Part shown: piece after piece, positions 15,858 to 22,910 of the stretch
How the letters are laid out: each line of letters starts with the position of its first letter
Numbering within the stretch: the stretch's first letter is position 1
IMG/VR virus record: IMGVR_UViG_2713896903_000002
DNA from: a virus
Taxonomy: Duplodnaviria > Heunggongvirae > Uroviricota > Caudoviricetes
DNA length: 22,910 nt
Reading direction: 5' to 3' (one strand)
Position numbers and translations under genes: made by a program
Notes under the pieces: model-generated
What the model was told of the DNA's origin: nothing
The model's database searches: none
Seen by the model: the letters and a program-made list of their open reading frames with translations, nothing else

Positions 15858-16250
15858 ATGATCACTTACGTTACCTGTGATGATGTTGATAATACGCTTG
15901 GGAAAAACTGGGCGAATGAGGATGTTAAAAATAAAGCGGTTTTAATGGCCAATGCCTGGTTGAATAACTTTAGTCTGAAGGTTGATCCATCCAGTATTCC
16001 TGACGAGGTAAAGCTCGCTGGAGCATATGCAGCCAGAGTCGCTTCTGTAGGTAAGTTATTTCAGCAGAAAAATGATTCTGGTGTTGTTATAAATAAAACT
16101 GTGTCGGCTGATGGGGTTAGTGTATCGAAATCATTTGTTGAATTATCAGCAAACAGCACTGCATTGCTTGAGCCTGATTTACAGCTTGCGCTGGCGCTGC
16201 TGAAACCGTACGGACTGAGTCACTCACAAGTCAGGGTTGTGAGGGGGTGA
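15858..16250 (+). CDS. head-tail connector / adaptor protein (gp6-like), by position
   Basis: 130-aa ORF at the usual position after the capsid gene; coupled to the next ORF. Confidence 0.45.
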   Translation: MITYVTCDDVDNTLGKNWANEDVKNKAVLMANAWLNNFSLKVDPSSIPDEVKLAGAYAARVASVGKLFQQKNDSGVVINKTVSADGVSVSKSFVELSANSTALLEPDLQLALALLKPYGLSHSQVRVVRG

Positions 16251-16636
16251 TGATGGGGATTCGTGATGAGATTCAGGATGAGGTTACCGCTGCTTTTGAT
16301 GGTGATTTAGCTGATGCGGTGAATAATTTTTCTGGTTCTTACGTTACGCACCAGGATTGGGATCCTGTGGCGGAGACAGGCCGCGAACTTACAACAACAT
16401 ATACCGGACGAGGTGTGTTGGCACGCTATAAGCTTGGCAGAGTTGATGGAATTAATATTTTGCACGGTGACCTTAAGTTAACTGCTCTGGCCTGTGAGGT
16501 TGCGGATAAACCTGCTATCGGACATATTATTGAGACTTATGACCCTGTATCAAGGCAGTTACAACGATATGAGATAATTACAGTACGTGTAGATCCTTCC
16601 GCATCGGTTTATTCTATCCAGTTAAGGAGAAAGTAA
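16247..16636 (+). CDS. head closure / head-tail joining protein, by position
   Basis: 129-aa ORF overlapping the upstream stop (ATGA-type coupling) in the connector module. Confidence 0.45.
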   Translation: MMMGIRDEIQDEVTAAFDGDLADAVNNFSGSYVTHQDWDPVAETGRELTTTYTGRGVLARYKLGRVDGINILHGDLKLTALACEVADKPAIGHIIETYDPVSRQLQRYEIITVRVDPSASVYSIQLRRK

Positions 16637-17017
16637 ATGGCAAAGGCATGGGATCTGGAACCGTCAATATTTGTTGGGATGATTGAGGAAGATGTAGGAC
16701 TGAAAATTCGCTACATCGCTATTCAGATTCTTACAGCTATTGATATTGCCGCTCCGGTTGATACCGGGCGTTTCAGAAATAATAATCTGGTATCGTTACA
16801 GCACCCAGATTTTAGTATATCTGATAATGTGGATCCGAATGGCACGATTGCACTTCAACGTGGAATCGGGGTTATTTCAAAAGCGGCGAATTACGGAATC
16901 ATCTACATCCAGAATAACCTGCCTTATGCCGAATCTATTGAGGATGGACATTCTCAACAAGCGCCAACAGGTGTATATGCTAATGCTTTTAATGGTGTTT
17001 CGCAGATTTATAAATGA
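16637..17017 (+). CDS. HK97 gp10-family tail component
   Basis: PVDTGRFRNN motif typical of the HK97 gp10 family as recalled; 126 aa. Confidence 0.55.
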   Translation: MAKAWDLEPSIFVGMIEEDVGLKIRYIAIQILTAIDIAAPVDTGRFRNNNLVSLQHPDFSISDNVDPNGTIALQRGIGVISKAANYGIIYIQNNLPYAESIEDGHSQQAPTGVYANAFNGVSQIYK

Positions 17018-17406
17018 CTTTTACTGAAATCAGAAATGCTGTTATTTCCAGAATGACGGCACAGACGGTTATTGATGGAAAAGATGTATTATATCCAAAC
17101 GGGCCAACATTCGATCCGTCAGGTAAGTTAATCTGGGCGCGGTTAAGTGATATCCCCGGTCTGGCTGGGACTAATGAAATTGGTGCGGGGCCGCTTGTTT
17201 ATCGCACGGGGATAATTATTATTCAGTTATTTGTTCCCGCAGGCACTGGCTCAAAACTTATTACTGAGACGGCGGATAAATTGCGGGAATTGTTTGAATT
17301 TCAGGATGATGATCGTCTCAGCTACCAGGCTGTTTCCTCAATAGCCGTTGGTGAAAAGAATGGCTGGTTCCAGCTTAATCTTCAAATTCCATATCGAGCG
17401 CTCTAG
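17014..17406 (+). CDS. tail terminator / tail completion protein (lambda U-like position)
   Basis: 130-aa ORF immediately upstream of the major tail protein gene. Confidence 0.4.
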   Translation: MTFTEIRNAVISRMTAQTVIDGKDVLYPNGPTFDPSGKLIWARLSDIPGLAGTNEIGAGPLVYRTGIIIIQLFVPAGTGSKLITETADKLRELFEFQDDDRLSYQAVSSIAVGEKNGWFQLNLQIPYRAL

Positions 17407-17432
17407 CGCAATTAATGACATAGGAGGCTCCT

Positions 17433-18395
17433 GTGAGTTCAGGTGCAAAGGTTATCTCGGCATTTATCCGGGAGACAATTGCAGGCACCACGCCAGCTAG
17501 TGGTGACTGGAGTTTATTAAAGCGCACAAGCTGGGGAGTAAAACCAACCCAGAATAAAGGCGAAAATAATGAGATCGGTGGTTCTCGTATGGCTCAGGGG
17601 GCGACGCCTGGCACTGTGGATGTCGGCGGTGATGTTGGTACCAAATTTCGCTGGGGCCAACATGATGATTTCCTTGCATCCTGTTTTGGCGCGGAATGGT
17701 CAGGAGATTCTCTGACTATGGGGAATGAGCGAATAACATTTTCTCTGGCAACATATGCGTCAGATGTGGGAATTGCCTCTATCGTCAGGGGGGCACAGGT
17801 TGGATCGTGGAAAATGCAGATTCCTAACGACGGTGATATTACTGCGACAGTCACTTTTGCCGGGCTGGACTGGGAATCAAAGGCCGATGATACAAATTTT
17901 ATCAAAGGCGAGCCTGTAGATAGTGCAGGAAAGTTACGTTATTCGTTTAAGGAAGTTTCAGCAGTAAGTCTGAATGGTGTTGCCGGAGGTAACGGTTTTT
18001 GTATCGACAGCTTTGATATCCAGTTCGATAACAAACTTCAGACCCAGCGTTGTGTCGGGACTGGTTCTCCTTATGCAGGAGCAAATATTCCGACTACTTT
18101 TACACCGTCCGGTACGGTGACGCTTTCATGGTCTAAAGCCGCGTGGGAAATCTGGAGTAAAACATTAACTGGAGAAACAGTTCCGTTCAGCTTCACGCTT
18201 TCGAATGGAGAGGGGGCATATACTTTCAGTTTCCCGAAGGTTCAGATATCAGGTGAATGGCCTGACGGCGGTAATACCGATATTATCCAGGTCCAGTTGA
18301 GTATTACCGCTGCTGACGAAGCGCCAACTATCACCAGAAAAAAAGCTTCCCCGGCTGCAGTGATTGCAAAAGCCAGTGCTGAGTCGATTAGTTGA
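17433..18395 (+). CDS. major tail (tube) protein, GTG start
   Basis: AGGAGG RBS before GTG 17433; 320 aa; position before the G/GT chaperone pair; C-terminal beta-rich Ig-like-looking segment. Confidence 0.6.
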   Translation: MSSGAKVISAFIRETIAGTTPASGDWSLLKRTSWGVKPTQNKGENNEIGGSRMAQGATPGTVDVGGDVGTKFRWGQHDDFLASCFGAEWSGDSLTMGNERITFSLATYASDVGIASIVRGAQVGSWKMQIPNDGDITATVTFAGLDWESKADDTNFIKGEPVDSAGKLRYSFKEVSAVSLNGVAGGNGFCIDSFDIQFDNKLQTQRCVGTGSPYAGANIPTTFTPSGTVTLSWSKAAWEIWSKTLTGETVPFSFTLSNGEGAYTFSFPKVQISGEWPDGGNTDIIQVQLSITAADEAPTITRKKASPAAVIAKASAESIS

Positions 18396-18455
18396 TTTTC
18401 CGTTATTCCCCCTGTGGTATTGCGCTACAGGGTGGTGTTTTGAATGAGGTTATAG

Positions 18456-19007
18456 ATGTTTATTCTTGAACAGAAAACTATCATCGGTGGAGAACGCTGG
18501 TTTACGCCAATGAAGGACTTAGAACCTATTGCTGGGTTACAACTGTTGGTGGCAAGCAGTGATAATGATCAGTATCGCTCCCGTAATGCATTAATCCGTC
18601 GCCACATTGAGAAAATGGATGCCAGTTTGCATGTCGGAACGAAGGCGTTTGATATTGCAAAGGTCGTCGAGGTGGACTCTGTTGATGATTTACTCATTGA
18701 TAACGCCGCTCGTTATCTGCTGAAAGACTGGAAAGGGGTTGGAGAGCTGGTAGATGGTGTTGAGGTCGCGCTGGAATATACACCAGAAAGAGGTGCTGCG
18801 CTGCTCAAGCAGAATCCAGAGTTGTACTGGCAAATCCTTACAGAAGCCGCCAGAATCGCCCAGGGAAAAGAGCAGCAAAAGCAGGATACGATAAAAAAGC
18901 CATTGCCGCCCAGCGGTGGATATCGGAGTTCGGGGGAGAAAAGGGTGAAAAGGCAAGGTGGAAACGAGAAAAGCTCAGGTTGCCGCCGCTCCCGGAGCCA
19001 GAAATAG
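18456..19007 (+). CDS. tail assembly chaperone (lambda G-like), zero-frame product
   Basis: 183-aa ORF before the tape measure; contains slippery A_AAA_AAG at 18893-18899. Confidence 0.55.
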   Translation: MFILEQKTIIGGERWFTPMKDLEPIAGLQLLVASSDNDQYRSRNALIRRHIEKMDASLHVGTKAFDIAKVVEVDSVDDLLIDNAARYLLKDWKGVGELVDGVEVALEYTPERGAALLKQNPELYWQILTEAARIAQGKEQQKQDTIKKPLPPSGGYRSSGEKRVKRQGGNEKSSGCRRSRSQK

Positions 19008-19213
19008 ACCCGGTTATTAGGGAATTGTTGTACGCCTATTCGGTGATATCCCGTGCCCGGCGTTATGCTGGAATGGCTGGGGTGCCTTTGCCTTTATCTC
19101 TGTCAGAGATAAATGAATATTTAGCCACTCATCCGGTATTGATTGAGCGCGATGAATTTGAAGCAGTGATCTTTGCACTGGATGACCAGTATTTTCAGGA
19201 GCAGTGTGTGTAG
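18456..19213 (+). CDS. tail assembly chaperone fusion (lambda GT-like) made by programmed -1 frameshift near 18893-18899
   Basis: The -1 frame is open from the slip site to 19213 and encodes a sensible extension (…AIAAQRWISEF…LPEPEIDPVIRELLYAY…); conserved G/GT logic upstream of the tape measure gene. Confidence 0.5.
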
Positions 19214-19336
19214 TTGTTAATTACGTACACTCTGTTACAGAGATGTGATAGTGTCTTTAATTAAATCGATGATGCTCCTGGAGAAAAGCATTGCGTGGCC
19301 TCGTAATCGCTATATCTACTATTATGTCGCCTGAAA

Positions 19337-19357
19337 CCCACTTCGGTGGGTTTTTTT
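19337..19357 (+). terminator. intrinsic terminator in the spacer before the tape measure gene
   Basis: cccac-ttcg-gtggg hairpin followed by T7; CAGGAG RBS and ATG 19378 follow. Confidence 0.45.
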
Positions 19358-19377
19358 GTTGTCAGGAGTTTTAATAA

Positions 19378-22300
19378 ATGGCAGAGCAGACCTCACGTCT
19401 TGCAATAATTATTGATAGCTCTGGAGCGAAAAATAATGCTGATAATCTGACCTCATCATTAGTCAAAATGACTCAGGCCGGGGAAACTGCTGCAAATAGC
19501 GCAGGGAAAGTGACTAAGGCAACAGAAGACGAGAAGAACGCGCTCGCAAAATTAAAAGCAGCTATTGATCCAGTTGGTGCCGCAATTGATACTGTCGGTC
19601 GACGCTATTCTGAATTAAAGAAATATTTCGATAAAGGGCTTATTGATAAAGAAGAATATGAATTTCTTGCCCGTAAACTTAATGAAACCACAGAGGAATT
19701 GAGCGGGGTTGCGCAAGCGCAGAGAGAAGCCGAGAAGGCCGGAAAACTTGCTGCCGCCCAGCAGGAAGCGCAGGCTCAGGCCTTTCAAAGAATGCTGGAC
19801 AAGATCGACCCTCTGGCTGCGGCGCTAAGAAATCTTGATCAACAGCAGGATGAACTTAATGCTGCACTTTTTTCCGGGAAAATAAATGGCTCTCAGTTTG
19901 ATAATTACAGCCGAAAAATACAGGAAACGCGGCGAGAGCTAACAGGAGAGGCTCAGGCAGAACGAGAAGCAGCAAAAGCGCATGATGAACAAGTTGCTGC
20001 TTTGCAACGTCTGATTGCTCAACTCGATCCTGTTGGAACAGCTTTTAACCGCCTGACAGAGCAGCAAAAGCAACTCAGCGAAGCAAAAGCCAAGGGGATG
20101 CTTTCTCCTGAAATGTATGAGGAGCTTTCAGGAAAACTCCATGCTATGCGGAGTGAGCTTGAGGTTACTCAATCGCAACTCAGCAAAACCGGAATGTCAG
20201 CAAAACAAACGGCTTTTGCTATGCGCATGTTGCCTGCACAAATGACGGATATTGTTGTTGGGTTGTCCACTGGTCAGTCGCCATTTATGGTGTTAATGCA
20301 GCAGGGCGGCCAGCTAAAAGATATGTTCGGTGGGATTGGCCCGGCGATCAAAGGTGTTGGTTCTTATGTGCTGGGATTAATTAATCCTTTTACCCTGGCC
20401 GCAGCAGCCGTTGGCGCCTTGGGGCTAGCTTACTATAAAGGTTCTCAGGAGCAGGACGAATTTAATAAATCTCTTATTCTTACCGGAAATCAGTTGGGGA
20501 CAACCAGCGGGCAATTAGCCGATATAGCTCAACGTGCCGGGGATGCTGCTGATTCGACAACTGGCGCTGCGGCGGCAGTATTAAACCAGCTTGTGCGTTC
20601 GGGAAAGGTCGCGAGCAGTTCGCTGGAGCAGGTGACGACAGCGATAGTAAAAACGAGCGAATTAACTGGAATATCGACCGATCAACTGGTTAATAATTTC
20701 AATGAAATTGCAAAGGATCCTGTCAGTGCCATATCAAAACTTAATGATCAGTACCATTTTCTGACACTGGCGACTTATAACCAGATTAAGGCGCTACAGG
20801 ATGAAGGGAACCAGCAGGAGGCCGCCCGCATTGCGACAGAAGCATACTCATCCTCAATGATCCAGCGCACCAACCAGATTAAAGAAAATCTTGGTTATCT
20901 TGAGACTGCATGGAAAGCTGTCGCAGACTCCGCAAAATGGGCATGGGATTCCATGCTGGATATTGGCCGTGAGGCCTCCCTTGATCAAAAAATCTCAGAT
21001 GTTCTCCGTCAAATTGATGAAATAGAAAAAAATACCCGACCCGGAGTTTTCGGGTTAGGTGGCATTGGAGATGGCGGAGCTCAAAATAAAAGGCTGGCAC
21101 GATTAAAGCAGCAATTGGGCGTACTTCAAGCAGAAAAAATTGCTCAGGACGTACTAAATTCATCAATAAACGATTACAACAAGCGACAACAGGAAGGAAT
21201 TGAACTCAGACAGAGAGCAGATGCCTTTTCAAAACAATATCAGACCCGGGAGCAGCAGAGAGCTAGTGAACTTGCAAAACTGGAAAAACTAAAGAGTCAG
21301 TATTCAAAGGAAGAATATAATAATCTTATCGCTCAAATAAATGAGCGTTATAAAGATCCAAAGCAACCAAAGGCGAAAGGTTATTCGGATGATGCTGCCC
21401 AACGAATGATTGATCATCTGAATCAACAGAATGCGTTACTAAGTTCACAAACTGAATTAACCGTTAAATTAAGTTCCTCTGAACAGGAACTGGTTAAGTG
21501 GCGTCAGCAGATTGCCGACCTGGAGTCACGACCGTCATCGAAATTAACCAAGGATCAGAAATCGCTTCTCTTACACCGGGAAGAAATAACCGCGTTGATG
21601 GAGAAAAATGTTGCGATTGAAAAAAATAACAGGCTAATCAAGGAATTCGCCGAAATAGCTGCATGGCGTGATTCATTGCAGGCTTCGATTGATAATCGTC
21701 AACAGGGGTATGATATTCAGATTGCTGGTTATGGGGTTGGCGATAAAAATCAGCAACGCCAGCAGGAATTACTGCGGATTGAACGTGAATATAACAATCA
21801 GCGTCTGCAACTTGAACGTGACTATGCAGATAAATCCCGTGGGATGTCAAATCATGTTTTTCAGGAGAAAATGCAGGCTCTGAATGATGCTCTGGAACGA
21901 GAAAAAGAAATTGTCAGACAGAAAAACGAGCAGCTCGATATTCAGGCAGGAGACTGGGTTAGTGGTGCCTCCCAGGGATTCAATAACTGGTTGGATAACA
22001 CTAAGGATATCAGCGGGCAGATAAAATCAACCACGACTCAGATGTTTGATGGGATGACAGATGCGCTTGGTGATTTTGTCACGACAGGCAAGGCAAATTT
22101 TCGTTCTTTCGCTACCTCCGTGATTTCAGATCTTAGCAGAATAGCATTAAAGGCCTCAATTACCGGGATTTTCGACAGCATTAGCAACAGTTCTTCTGGG
22201 GGGATTTTAGGAACTATCGGAAGTGCTGTTAGTAAATTTATTCCTAATGCAAAGGGCGGTGTTTATGAGTCTCCATCATTGAGTACATATTCAAACGGTA

Positions 22301-22611
22301 TTTATGATTCCCCGCAATTTTTTGCTTTTGCAAAAGGTGCTGGTGTTTTTGGTGAGGCTGGACCGGAAGCTATTATGCCATTAACACGAACTTCCGATGG
22401 TTCTCTTGGTGTCAGGGCGATTAATAATAAAGGCGGTAATGGAGGCGGAGACATTAATTACTCTCCTGTATATCAAATTACTATCAAAAATGACGGACAG
22501 AATGGAGAGATTGGCCCTCAGGCAATTAGAACACTTATGGGAATGGTTGATCAGCGAGTGCAGGGCACTTTGTTAAATATGCGACGTGATGGAGGAATGT
22601 TAAGTGGCTGA
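19378..22611 (+). CDS. H: tail tape measure protein (lambda H-like)
   Basis: 1077 aa; [39 protein letters not shown] closely resembles lambda H as recalled; long coiled-coil regions. Confidence 0.9.
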   Translation: MAEQTSRLAIIIDSSGAKNNADNLTSSLVKMTQAGETAANSAGKVTKATEDEKNALAKLKAAIDPVGAAIDTVGRRYSELKKYFDKGLIDKEEYEFLARKLNETTEELSGVAQAQREAEKAGKLAAAQQEAQAQAFQRMLDKIDPLAAALRNLDQQQDELNAALFSGKINGSQFDNYSRKIQETRRELTGEAQAEREAAKAHDEQVAALQRLIAQLDPVGTAFNRLTEQQKQLSEAKAKGMLSPEMYEELSGKLHAMRSELEVTQSQLSKTGMSAKQTAFAMRMLPAQMTDIVVGLSTGQSPFMVLMQQGGQLKDMFGGIGPAIKGVGSYVLGLINPFTLAAAAVGALGLAYYKGSQEQDEFNKSLILTGNQLGTTSGQLADIAQRAGDAADSTTGAAAAVLNQLVRSGKVASSSLEQVTTAIVKTSELTGISTDQLVNNFNEIAKDPVSAISKLNDQYHFLTLATYNQIKALQDEGNQQEAARIATEAYSSSMIQRTNQIKENLGYLETAWKAVADSAKWAWDSMLDIGREASLDQKISDVLRQIDEIEKNTRPGVFGLGGIGDGGAQNKRLARLKQQLGVLQAEKIAQDVLNSSINDYNKRQQEGIELRQRADAFSKQYQTREQQRASELAKLEKLKSQYSKEEYNNLIAQINERYKDPKQPKAKGYSDDAAQRMIDHLNQQNALLSSQTELTVKLSSSEQELVKWRQQIADLESRPSSKLTKDQKSLLLHREEITALMEKNVAIEKNNRLIKEFAEIAAWRDSLQASIDNRQQGYDIQIAGYGVGDKNQQRQQELLRIEREYNNQRLQLERDYADKSRGMSNHVFQEKMQALNDALEREKEIVRQKNEQLDIQAGDWVSGASQGFNNWLDNTKDISGQIKSTTTQMFDGMTDALGDFVTTGKANFRSFATSVISDLSRIALKASITGIFDSISNSSSGGILGTIGSAVSKFIPNAKGGVYESPSLSTYSNGIYDSPQFFAFAKGAGVFGEAGPEAIMPLTRTSDGSLGVRAINNKGGNGGGDINYSPVYQITIKNDGQNGEIGPQAIRTLMGMVDQRVQGTLLNMRRDGGMLSG

Positions 22612-22910
22612 AGAATTCCACTGGTTACCAGAGGATGGAATGAAAACAGAAAATAAACCATCGATAAAAACTGTAAGATTTGGCGATGGTTATGAGCAAC
22701 GAAGTCCAAATGGACTTAATCATTCTCTACGTGTTTTTACCTGTGATTTCAAGGTTGAGGCGAATGAACGTGATTCATTCGAAAATTTTTTAGCACGGCA
22801 TGGAGGCTATAAATCTTTTTTTTGGCGTCCACCTGGTGTTAACAGAAAAATCAGAGTGGTGTGTCGAACGTGGTCAGCTACAGAACATATCACCTATACC
22901 GATTTTTCGT
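22604..22910 (+). CDS. M: minor tail protein (lambda M-like), 5' partial (runs off the window end)
   Basis: GGAGG before GTG 22604 overlapping the H stop; [10 protein letters not shown] ... [12 protein letters not shown] parallels lambda M (VRFGDGYSQR ... HGGWKSFLWTPP) as recalled. Confidence 0.7.
   Translation, partial: MAEEFHWLPEDGMKTENKPSIKTVRFGDGYEQRSPNGLNHSLRVFTCDFKVEANERDSFENFLARHGGYKSFFWRPPGVNRKIRVVCRTWSATEHITYTDFS

Overview
This window reads as a nearly complete late region of a mosaic lambdoid (siphovirus-type) prophage or phage from an enterobacterial host, almost all on the + strand. In order: end of the nin-like region (DUF1367/YbcN-like, YbcO-like) and a Q-family antiterminator; a strong sigma70 late promoter (TTGACT-18-TATATT) overlapping the Q stop, followed by a short-transcript terminator; a moron zone with an ORF6N-type antirepressor-like gene and an AT-rich convergent, stop-overlapping gene pair of unknown function; a lambda-type lysis cassette (holin, R-like transglycosylase, Rz with overlapping Rz1 lipoprotein); a ParB-N-domain protein coupled to a DxD-motif protein; a long small terminase carrying six palindromic TGCGCA repeats; a large terminase interrupted in its Walker A P-loop by a 336-codon intein; portal, SPP1-gp7/Mu-F-like head protein, scaffold, major capsid, connector and tail-completion genes, major tail protein, G/GT chaperones with an A_AAA_AAG -1 slippery site, an H-like tape measure and the start of an M-like tail protein. 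The most unusual element is inside the intein: the sense frame has canonical splicing blocks at both ends but a motif-less centre, while the antisense strand carries a clear HNH endonuclease ORF preceded by a GGAGG ribosome-binding site. All functional calls rest on motif recall and gene order; no database search was run.
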